Below, in pieces: positions 57,286 through 64,000 of a stretch of 64,000 bases of DNA. The stretch lies in the IMG/VR virus record IMGVR_UViG_3300036770_007547, positions 158,776 through 222,775 of that record; one strand, written 5' to 3'. Below the pieces are notes generated by a model. The model worked only from the letters and a program-made list of their open reading frames with translations, did not search any database and was not told the DNA's origin. A program made the position numbers and the translations under genes. The stretch's first letter is position 1; each line of letters begins with the position of its first letter.

Positions 57286-58293
57286 TTACTTGATCTGTGA
57301 CCAAACTTTTTGACGAATATCATCCTGCAGTTTTGTGGGAAGATGCACATAGTCGAGTTCAGCACTCAGCTTGGCACCGTTCTTGAAAGCCCAATCAAAG
57401 AACTTGATGACTTCTTGGCTTTCTTTCTTGTTCACAGGTTCTTTGTACATAAGGATGAAGCTGGCAGTGGTGATGGGCCATGAGTCTTTGCCGGGTTGAT
57501 TGACAATGCTGAGTCCCATACCAGGAACTGAGAACCAATCGGCACCTGCTGCGGCCGCTGCGAATGTAGCATCATCAGGCCGGACGAACTTGCCATCTTT
57601 GTTCTGAAGTTGGAAGTAAGGGATGCTGTTCTTCTTAGCATAGGCATATTCTACATAACCGATGCTACCTTTGATACGACCAACATTTGCTGCCACGCCT
57701 TCATTGCCCTTACCGCCAACAGACGACGCTGCGGGCCACTTGACAGCAGCACCTTTGCCTACCTTTTCAGCCCAGAGCTTTGAAGCTTCGGTGAGGTAAT
57801 CGGTAAAGTTGAAGGTTGTGCCTGAACCGTCTGCACGATGGACTACTGTGATATTGAGATCGGGCAGTTTCTTGCCAGGGTTCAGTGCAGCGATCTTGGG
57901 ATCGTTCCAGTTAACGATCCAGCCCATGAACATCTCTGCCAGCACTTCGCCAGTTACTTTGAGTTCACCCTGCTTAAAACCATCAAGGTTGAACACGGGC
58001 ACAGTGCCGCCAATGATCGCGGGGAACTGCACCATGCCATCCTTGTCTAAGTCTACACCTTTGACGGGTGCATCGCTGGCACCAAATGTAACTGTCTTGG
58101 CACGGATCTGACGCAGGCCGCCACTTGAACCAATACTCTGATAGTTGAGGCTGACACCGGTTTCTTTCTTGTAGGCTTCAGCCCACTTGGCGTATACAGG
58201 ATAGGGAAATGTTGCGCCTGCACCTGTGATAGTCTGTGCTTGCGCTGATACAACAAATAGTGCCGCCAGCATGGAAATTACAAATTGTTTCAC
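57286..58293 (-). CDS. pstS: Phosphate ABC transporter substrate-binding protein
   Basis: GTG start 58293 with AAGGAG RBS; signal peptide; ITGAGATFPYP, YQSIGSSGG, FGASD, RADGSGTT, GKGNEGV, GYVEYAY. Confidence 0.96.
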   Translation of the reverse strand: MKQFVISMLAALFVVSAQAQTITGAGATFPYPVYAKWAEAYKKETGVSLNYQSIGSSGGLRQIRAKTVTFGASDAPVKGVDLDKDGMVQFPAIIGGTVPVFNLDGFKQGELKVTGEVLAEMFMGWIVNWNDPKIAALNPGKKLPDLNITVVHRADGSGTTFNFTDYLTEASKLWAEKVGKGAAVKWPAASSVGGKGNEGVAANVGRIKGSIGYVEYAYAKKNSIPYFQLQNKDGKFVRPDDATFAAAAAGADWFSVPGMGLSIVNQPGKDSWPITTASFILMYKEPVNKKESQEVIKFFDWAFKNGAKLSAELDYVHLPTKLQDDIRQKVWSQIK

Positions 58294-58329
58294 TGTGGTC
58301 TCCTTGTGAGTGTGATAGTGATTGTGTGC

Positions 58330-58378
58330 TTTATACACCAACCTATTTAATTACGTTGATATTACAATCTTGTTACAA
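58330..58378 (-). promoter_or_regulatory. Putative Pho box array plus -10 element upstream of pstS
   Basis: - strand TTGTAAC-N4-TTGTAAT-N4-ACGTAAT (11-nt period, 58378-58350), then TATAAA at 58335-58330. Confidence 0.65.
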
Positions 58379-58384
58379 CTATCA

Positions 58385-58558
58385 TCAATGCGGTATCTGT
58401 CGGGGAAGATAGGGCACTGACCTAGGACCGTGTAATTGTTGCAGTAGCAGTCGAGCCTCTTCTGCGGTCTCGGCTGCCACTCTGGCCTTGGTCTCGATGC
58501 TGCCAGGACCGGGAGGTCGGATCACGGCCTCCCACAATCGTAACTTAGAACTGGACAT
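58385..58558 (-). CDS. Small hypothetical protein
   Basis: Likely start ATG 58558 (MSSSKLRLWEA); 57 aa. Confidence 0.55.
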   Translation of the reverse strand: MSSSKLRLWEAVIRPPGPGSIETKARVAAETAEEARLLLQQLHGPRSVPYLPRQIPH

Positions 58559-58940
58559 TGAACCTGCGACCGCGATATTCAAAGGTCACTGTCTCACCTA
58601 TTTGTTGGGTGATGGGCACGGAACGGCAGACCTGGCGTTGTTCGTACCCGGCTTGATCTTGACCGATGCGACTGCCCACGCTGGCTCCCACCACTGCACC
58701 CAGCACCGTGGCCACATCCTTGCCGGTGCCCTTGCCCACCTGGTTGCCCACGATGCCACCAGTGACACCACCGATCACGGTGCCCACACCCGAGTTGTCT
58801 ACTCGAACTTGTTCGATGTGGCACTGTTGTTGCAACGTGGTGGTATAACGCGGTTGGATGTCAACCACCCGAGCCACATCGTCTGCGGCTAAAGCTGTTG
58901 TTGATGCCAGAGTGGCCAAACACAAAAACAATTTTTTCAT
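58545..58940 (-). CDS. Secreted glycine-zipper 2TM domain protein
   Basis: MKKLFLCLA signal peptide; GTVIGGVTGGIVGNQVGKGTGKDVATVLGAVVGASVG; AAAGGA RBS. Confidence 0.85.
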   Translation of the reverse strand: MKKLFLCLATLASTTALAADDVARVVDIQPRYTTTLQQQCHIEQVRVDNSGVGTVIGGVTGGIVGNQVGKGTGKDVATVLGAVVGASVGSRIGQDQAGYEQRQVCRSVPITQQIGETVTFEYRGRRFNVQF

Positions 58941-59072
58941 GATGTATCCTTTGGAATCCCGCGACTGCCAGGGCGTGTGGGTCCCGCGGGTAGACGTTGA
59001 GCCTTTCACTGCAACAACCTTGCCAGAGCATCTGGGAGCGGCTCTGGGGGTTTACCCCTGCACAGCATACGG

Positions 59073-59330
59073 TTACTTATCTTGGTTTTCGCGCAGATGC
59101 GGCGGTTTTTCACGGCGATCTATGTTGGGATTTTTCAACAGATAGTCGCGACCAACTTTGTGTTCCTCGATCTCGCGCAGAGCTGTGACCACGGGTCCCG
59201 TGGCCTCCGCCACTTGTGGCAACCATCCCGAGTTCAACTCACGTGCTCGCCGGGCACCGATCAAGATCAGATCATATCTACTGCCCACGGCTGCGACTGC
59301 TGCTTCGCTGGTGATGCCTTTGGTCATCAT
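59073..59330 (-). CDS. rpoZ: RNA polymerase omega subunit homologue
   Basis: SRYDLILIGARRAREL and PVVTALREIEEHKV match the omega pattern; AGGAG RBS. Confidence 0.85.
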   Translation of the reverse strand: MMTKGITSEAAVAAVGSRYDLILIGARRARELNSGWLPQVAEATGPVVTALREIEEHKVGRDYLLKNPNIDRREKPPHLRENQDK

Positions 59331-59348
59331 GGTCTCCTATAAAACTAC

Positions 59349-59377
59349 AGTATACACTTGAGAGTGTTAGATGTCAA
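59349..59377 (-). promoter_or_regulatory. Sigma70-like promoter for rpoZ
   Basis: TTGACA(59377-59372)-N17-TATACT(59354-59349). Confidence 0.85.
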
Positions 59378-60114
59378 CACTGGATGCCCAGTCTGGAAAG
59401 ATATTCCAGGATCTGATCCACTATCAAGGCTTTGCCGGTGGCATCGGGATGATATCCATTTTCGGTGTTGTATCCGGATTTTGTGGCAAAATCATGCAGT
59501 CCCGGACCCGGGGTCAATTCCAACATGCGGTCTTCGCGACCTTGCAGCAATTTCTGGAATCTCGTGTCATCGAGGTCGTGGTGTTCGGTGAGCATGAACG
59601 CATAAACATAGCCGCGATTTTCTAGATAGTTGAACAAAAAGTCCAGTGCCGAATATCCAAGTCCGGGCACAATGTCCAGCCCCACTTGCCGTTCTATGGC
59701 TCGGTGCTGGCGACTTTCACGATGTAGGTATGTGTGTGCGCACAGATCATGGTTCCAGGGCACCCTGGGACTCGCGGCTGGATTGTCAAATTCGCAGGGC
59801 ACATCCAGTCGCATGGCGATGCTGATGTTGAACATTATCAGAGTGTTGTGCCTGGGATACTGGTAACGCTCCAGCACCGATCTCAAGGATTCGGCGATCA
59901 AGATGTTGCCGTGACTGGCTGCAGCCATGTTCACCAAACTCTGCACATGCAACCGTTGCGCCAACATTCCGGCCCAACTGGCCGGCTGAGACACCGATCC
60001 CTGCCCTTGATCGATGAACGAACATCCGCCCATGCTGTTGCTCGTGGGTGGACACCCGCCCACACCATCTTGTGTAAAGCTGTTGCCTCCGATCAAGAGA
60101 TTTTCGATGCGCAT
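59374..60114 (-). CDS. SGNH/GDSL-like hydrolase
   Basis: Likely start ATG 60114 (MRIENL). IGGNSFT (block I-like), NMAAASHGN, C-terminal NGYHP (block V-like). Confidence 0.55.
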   Translation of the reverse strand: MRIENLLIGGNSFTQDGVGGCPPTSNSMGGCSFIDQGQGSVSQPASWAGMLAQRLHVQSLVNMAAASHGNILIAESLRSVLERYQYPRHNTLIMFNISIAMRLDVPCEFDNPAASPRVPWNHDLCAHTYLHRESRQHRAIERQVGLDIVPGLGYSALDFLFNYLENRGYVYAFMLTEHHDLDDTRFQKLLQGREDRMLELTPGPGLHDFATKSGYNTENGYHPDATGKALIVDQILEYLSRLGIQC

Positions 60115-60142
60115 GCGATTAGTTATCGCAGATAAATACTTG

Positions 60143-60868
60143 ATGCTTGAATTGCTGGTGGTACTCGTGAGTACCCATATAACAATAGCATCAGTCACCA
60201 TCTATCTGCATCGTTGCCAAGCCCATAGATCAGTAGAATTGCATCCCATCGTGAGCCATTTCATGCGATTCTGGCTGTGGCTCACGACTGGCATGGTGAC
60301 CCGAGAGTGGGTGGCCATACATCGCAAACATCATCAGGCCTGCGAAACCGCGCAAGATCCACACAGCCCACAAGTGCATGGCATCCTCAAGGTGCTGTTT
60401 GCTGGTGCTTGGTTGTATGCCGACGCTACCAAAAATCGCCGGATGATCGAGCAGTACGGACGAGGCACACCCGACGACTGGATCGAGCGCAATGTCTACA
60501 GCCGGCACAGCAGCCTCGGCTTCCTGTTGCTGTTGATCGTGGAAGTGGCCCTGTTCCACGGTTGGGGTCTGGTAATGTGGCTGGTTCAGATGTTCTGGAT
60601 TCCGTTCTGGGCCGCAGGTGTCATCAACGGATTGGGACACTGGTGGGGCTATCGCAACACTGACACCCGAGATTGCAGTCGCAACATCTTTCCCTGGGGC
60701 ATCATTGTGGGCGGCGAGGAATTACACAACAATCATCACGATGCACCGGCATCGGCTCGACTCAGTCAGAAATGGTGGGAGTTTGACATCGGCTATTTGT
60801 ACATACAGATCTTGAGCCGTGCCGGACTGGCACGGATACGTGTGATAGATCAACCCGTGGTGCCGTAA
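60143..60868 (+). CDS. Membrane fatty-acid (delta-9-like) desaturase
   Basis: Three His boxes (HRCQAH, HRKHH, HNNHH); EFDIG; hydrophobic segments. Confidence 0.92.
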   Translation: MLELLVVLVSTHITIASVTIYLHRCQAHRSVELHPIVSHFMRFWLWLTTGMVTREWVAIHRKHHQACETAQDPHSPQVHGILKVLFAGAWLYADATKNRRMIEQYGRGTPDDWIERNVYSRHSSLGFLLLLIVEVALFHGWGLVMWLVQMFWIPFWAAGVINGLGHWWGYRNTDTRDCSRNIFPWGIIVGGEELHNNHHDAPASARLSQKWWEFDIGYLYIQILSRAGLARIRVIDQPVVP

Positions 60869-61323
60869 CGACCTATGCGGTCCGCGGCATACGAAGCCGC
60901 GAATGCCTGGGGCTTGACAAAGGGTACCACGTTGCAAACTCCTCGAATATAACCGATGGCCTGGGAGATCACGCAGCTAGAACCAGCCAGCTCGGAAGGA
61001 TTGATGTCGAGATGTACCTGTATGTCTCGATCCAGTATACGAGGCGCCAGTGCCAAGTACATTTCACTCACACGATACACTTCGTTCATGAGTCTCATGC
61101 TGGGTCGATCGGCCCGCTGATCGAAATCGCGTTCGCGAGTGATGTCTCCAAATATGCGGCAACCACGACAGCCATCGATGTGAACCACCACAGCCACTGT
61201 GTATTCGGCCCACCATTCTCGTCTTATTTTGAAGCGCACGCTGTCGGCACCGAGATAGATGCGTGTGTTCGGTCCCGTGGAATTGATGTAATCAACGACT
61301 TGATCTAGGTCAATGCGTGCCAT
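60850..61323 (-). CDS. YkuK-like ribonuclease H-fold protein
   Basis: Likely start ATG 61323 with AAGGAG RBS. IYLGADS, RLMNEV, VHLDIN, KPQAFAASYAAD. Confidence 0.75.
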   Translation of the reverse strand: MARIDLDQVVDYINSTGPNTRIYLGADSVRFKIRREWWAEYTVAVVVHIDGCRGCRIFGDITRERDFDQRADRPSMRLMNEVYRVSEMYLALAPRILDRDIQVHLDINPSELAGSSCVISQAIGYIRGVCNVVPFVKPQAFAASYAADRIGRYGTTG

Positions 61324-61368
61324 ATCTTCTCCTTTGATATTTATAACCGGCATTGTTGCATTTGTATG

Positions 61369-61449
61369 TGGTGCCCCTGCTCGGATTCGAACCGAGAACT
61401 TCACCACTCCTTTTGAGAGAGCTGCCTTTACCAATTTGGCCACAGGGGC
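61369..61449 (-). tRNA. trnL: tRNA-Leu(CAA)
   Basis: GCCCCTG/CAGGGGC acceptor, CT-CAA-AA loop, TTCGAAT, encoded CCA. Confidence 0.88.
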
Positions 61450-61470
61450 GGGAATCAATTAAATATTTCC

Positions 61471-62358
61471 ATGAACAAGCTAACGATGGATCGCACCATG
61501 GTAGATGTGTACATCACCAACGTGTGCAATCTTACCTGTGAGGACTGCCGGAGTTTCAACAACTACCGGTTCAAAGGACACATCCAGTACGATCATGCCG
61601 TGCACCAGGCCTGGGCCTCGCGCTTGGATATTCCTGATTTTGGTGTGCTGGGTGGGGAACCCTGTCTCCATCCCGATCTATTTGATTGGTTACATGGACT
61701 GCGTGAATGCTGGCCGCGATCTCGGGGACTATTGATCACCAACGGTACACACATGTCCCGGGTCAAGAATCTCCATGAAACCTTGGCCGAGCTTGATTAC
61801 GAAGTTCAGATATCTATACACAGTCCTCGCATGCGGGGATTCGTGGCCGATCAGATTCTCCAAACTTTCGGCATCTGTGAAGTGGTACCGCCACGCATCG
61901 ACGACGACTGGAAACACAACACAAATTTTTATCTCATGTCTAGCCTAGGTGTCAAACTAGAGATACAGAACACCTGGAACTTTCAAACATCACCATTTGC
62001 TGGTCCGGGATTCCAGTTGCATCGCAGCGACCCATATCGAGCTCATGCCAATTGCAACATAAAACACTGCACGCATTTTATTGCAGGGAAATTTTACAAA
62101 TGTGCCGTGGTGGGCTTGATGCCTGAATTTTTGAAACAACAAGGAAAACCCGTGCCAGAAATCCTGGAATCCTACCAGCCGTTGACATTGGAAAATCTCA
62201 GTCAGGCCAAGCTGGATGAGCTGCTTGATCCCATACCACAATGCCAGGTTTGTCCGGAAAACTATACCAAACAACACATCATGGCCGATTTCAAACAACC
62301 ACAGATACTAAAACGCTACGAAAAGTATCAACCGTCGCTTTCCTGCCAGCAACCATGA
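61471..62358 (+). CDS. Radical SAM protein with C-terminal Cys-rich domain
   Basis: CNLTCEDC, LGGEPCL, ITNGT; C-terminal C..HCTH...YKC...CQVC. Confidence 0.88.
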   Translation: MNKLTMDRTMVDVYITNVCNLTCEDCRSFNNYRFKGHIQYDHAVHQAWASRLDIPDFGVLGGEPCLHPDLFDWLHGLRECWPRSRGLLITNGTHMSRVKNLHETLAELDYEVQISIHSPRMRGFVADQILQTFGICEVVPPRIDDDWKHNTNFYLMSSLGVKLEIQNTWNFQTSPFAGPGFQLHRSDPYRAHANCNIKHCTHFIAGKFYKCAVVGLMPEFLKQQGKPVPEILESYQPLTLENLSQAKLDELLDPIPQCQVCPENYTKQHIMADFKQPQILKRYEKYQPSLSCQQP

Positions 62359-62789
62359 GGGAATGATTCTATCATCCATGAAGCTAAAGGTGTAACAAAT
62401 TTGAATCGCAATTCACCATCCCACCCTATGTCTCGACTGGGAAATGCTGTGTCTACTGGACCAAACCCATTGTTGTCATGATGGAATCGAGCACGATAGC
62501 GTATCAATGGCCATATGTTGATGTCGTTGAATTTCAGCTCTTCGATGTGATATGACTGATTCACGACTAGATCTGCTGCCTCGGGGCTTGGTTGATCATC
62601 TATGTGAAGGCGTTTACCGCTGAGCGCCAACGCGAAGTCGTGTGTTTGGCGTTGGTCGCTGTGTTCCCAATCCACCACATGCAATTGATGTGTCACAGGC
62701 GAACTCAAAATCTCGACACCGTTGATGTTCAGACAAAATTTGCTGGGAATACAGGTCTTGAACTTTATGCTGATTTTGATTTTATTCAC
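62328..62789 (-). CDS. Hypothetical protein
   Basis: 153 aa, GTG start; TAAATA 4 nt upstream. Confidence 0.6.
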   Translation of the reverse strand: MNKIKISIKFKTCIPSKFCLNINGVEILSSPVTHQLHVVDWEHSDQRQTHDFALALSGKRLHIDDQPSPEAADLVVNQSYHIEELKFNDINIWPLIRYRARFHHDNNGFGPVDTAFPSRDIGWDGELRFKFVTPLASWMIESFPHGCWQESDG

Positions 62790-62883
62790 GCGATATTTAT
62801 AAAGTCATGTGCTACACAGGTTGGAACTTACAGAAGAAATCGTCGAGTGACCCATCGGTGCAGGACAGGTATCGACGATATCG

Positions 62884-62957
62884 TGGTCTCGGTGGGAGGA
62901 ATCGAACCTCCGCCACATGCTCCCAAAGCACGCATGATACCATTTCACCACACCGAG
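62884..62957 (-). tRNA. trnP: tRNA-Pro(TGG)
   Basis: CTCGGTG/CACCGAG acceptor, TT-TGG-GA loop, TTCGATT, CCA. Confidence 0.9.
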
Positions 62958-63016
62958 TCTCGGGGCCGGGGATCGAAGATTTGAGCTTCGGGCTCACTTG
63001 GCAAATCCCCAATGAT

Positions 63017-63105
63017 TGGAGGAGGGATGGTAGAATCGAACTCCAACCGCTCTCGCAGTCCATCTGTTTTCAAGACAGTGCTGGGCCCAGCCCAGATAAC
63101 CCTCC
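63017..63105 (-). tRNA. trnS: Atypical tRNA-Ser(TGA)
   Basis: CT-TGA-AA loop, long variable arm, TTCGATT, CCA. Folds best with an 8-nt acceptor strand, 6-bp D-stem, 4-bp T-stem with one bulge and U73. Confidence 0.75.
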
Positions 63106-63217
63106 AGTGATTGACCGGTTACCGGATCCGGTTCGGGCTTTTGGTCCCCGAGGCTCGTAAACTCACCCACCCTTGATGTCGTGCCTGCGCAGAGGACCGG
63201 CCGGGCATCGCCGTGTG

Positions 63218-63292
63218 TGGTGCTGATGAGAGGAATCGAACCTCCGACTTACGCCTTACCAAGGCGTTACTCTACCCCTGAGTTACATCAGC
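63218..63292 (-). tRNA. trnT: tRNA-Thr(GGT)
   Basis: GCTGATG/CATCAGC acceptor, TT-GGT-AA loop, CCA. Confidence 0.93.
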
Positions 63293-63401
63293 TGGGATCA
63301 GTCGCACCAGGTCTCATAGGCATTGACCAACATCACGCATTCTAGGACTTCGCCGGTGACGATCAGTGCCAAAGCAGACAAGGCCAGTGCTGCAAGATAT
63401 A

Positions 63402-63479
63402 TGGTGGCAGTGGAGGGATTCGAGCCCCCGATCTTCCGCGTATGAAGCGGCTGCATTGGACCAGCTATGCTACACTGCC
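63402..63479 (-). tRNA. trnM: tRNA-Met(CAT), elongator-type (Ile2 not excluded)
   Basis: GGCAGTG/CACTGCC acceptor, TT-CAT-AC loop, CTCGAAT T-loop, CCA. Confidence 0.85.
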
Positions 63480-63558
63480 TGGATTGATTTGTGTTCATCA
63501 TGTATTATATGACACTAGCATGGAAATGTGTTTGCACTTTCATACATGAGCTTATTAC

Positions 63559-63633
63559 TGGCCCGACCGGCAGGAATCGAACCCGCATCGTACGCTTTAG
63601 AAGAGCGTTGCCTTTCCGTTAGACTACGGTCGG
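63559..63633 (-). tRNA. trnR: tRNA-Arg(TCT)
   Basis: CCGACCG/CGGTCGG acceptor, CT-TCT-AA loop, CCA. Confidence 0.9.
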
Positions 63634-63642
63634 TAATTGTAT

Positions 63643-63717
63643 TGGTGGGTGCGGGGAGTTTCGAAATCCCGACTCTCTGGTTAAAAGCCAGATACTCTTC
63701 CTCTGAGTTACGCACCC
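63643..63717 (-). tRNA. trnK: tRNA-Lys(TTT)
   Basis: GGGTGCG/CGCACCC acceptor, CT-TTT-AA loop, CCA. Confidence 0.9.
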
Positions 63718-63723
63718 CGGATT

Positions 63724-63799
63724 TGGTAGCCACAGCTGGGTTCGAACCAGCGACCACCGCGTTATCAACACGGTGCTCTACCTGCTGAGCTATGTGGCT
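63724..63799 (-). tRNA. trnI: tRNA-Ile(GAT)
   Basis: AGCCACA/TGTGGCT acceptor, TT-GAT-AA loop, TTCGAAC, CCA. Confidence 0.92.
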
Positions 63800-63802
63800 A
63801 GA

Positions 63803-64000
63803 TCACATGGTAGGGCCGTTGCCGTTGCGAAAACCTACCTCACCTCCTTCGGCTTCGATCCTCTTTATCACATCTTCAAAAAGAATGGGCGCGAAATTGG
63901 GAGTTTGTTCTACACACACGCAATGGTAACGGACATCGATCTTATCGCCGTAGGCGATTTCTCCGGTCTTGGTCACACCACGAGCTCGCATCACACGATT
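63803..64000 (-). CDS. C-terminal fragment, possibly of a calcineurin-like phosphoesterase (truncated by the window edge)
   Basis: DVRYHCVCVEQTPNFAPILFE resembles C-termini of phage metallophosphoesterases as I recall them; no catalytic motifs fall inside the window. Confidence 0.45.
   Translation of the reverse strand, partial: NRVMRARGVTKTGEIAYGDKIDVRYHCVCVEQTPNFAPILFEDVIKRIEAEGGEVGFRNGNGPTM

Noticed and set aside
63106-63217. HDV-like theta ribozyme downstream of tRNA-Thr
   Set aside because: Candidate P2/P3 and a CGAA junction can be drawn, but no convincing P1 helix or P1.1 pair; retained only as an unexplained structured spacer.
61353-63788. ORFs 61353-61541, 62807-63160, 62812-63063, 63298-63501, 63515-63757 and 63528-63788
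   Set aside because: They overlap clear tRNA genes and translate tRNA sequence; no protein signal.
1-64000. Numerous short antisense or alternative-frame ORFs in the track (e.g. 3701-4369, 9049-9795, 15561-16508, 20571-21545, 32136-32951, 51497-52096)
   Set aside because: They lie wholly within long, motif-supported genes, lack recognisable motifs, and are expected shadows at this GC content.
1-64000. CRISPR array, integrase, transposase or terminal repeats
   Set aside because: No regularly spaced repeat-spacer pattern and no recombinase motifs seen; the repeats at 11.4-11.8 kb are in-frame coding repeats.
1-64000. Stop-codon reassignment (alternative genetic code)
   Set aside because: Very long ORFs are intact in code 11, TAA/TAG/TGA all act as stops at operon junctions, and none of the eight tRNAs is a suppressor (the TGA anticodon reads Ser codons).

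Overview
This window is a 64-kb segment of a large, T4-like (contractile-tail) dsDNA bacteriophage genome. The host is probably proteobacterial, an inference from the PstS, RpoZ, desaturase and tmRNA sequences. Four blocks are visible. (1) 1-28.9 kb, + strand: baseplate/tail module with a hub-like protein, gp5-like spike, gp25, gp6-like wedge, a ~4,985-aa giant structural protein carrying a dispersed FG-GAP propeller, and a tail fibre with a C-terminal chaperone/autocleavage domain. (2) 28.9-50.6 kb: a ~22-kb biosynthetic cluster with six radical SAM proteins that have an N-terminal twitch domain, about seven glycosyltransferase-like ORFs, a carbamoyltransferase, an amidinotransferase, a DegT aminotransferase and an NDP-sugar epimerase/dehydratase. 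This is the best candidate for an undescribed system, probably virion or cell-surface glycan synthesis and tailoring. (3) 50.6-56.9 kb, mostly - strand: thyX, hypothetical ORFs, a MoxR-like AAA plus VWA/metallopeptidase pair and a NeuD/PglD-like acyltransferase. (4) 56.9-64 kb: host-takeover genes, namely a circularly permuted two-piece tmRNA, Pho-box-preceded pstS, an RNAP omega homologue, an SGNH-like protein, a fatty-acid desaturase, a YkuK-like RNase H fold, a seventh radical SAM and eight tRNAs (one with an atypical cloverleaf). Two promoter classes are visible: sigma70-like TTGACN-N17/18-TAYAMT, and a recurrent TAAATA late-promoter-like motif just ahead of start codons. All product calls come from motif recognition by eye; no database searches were run.
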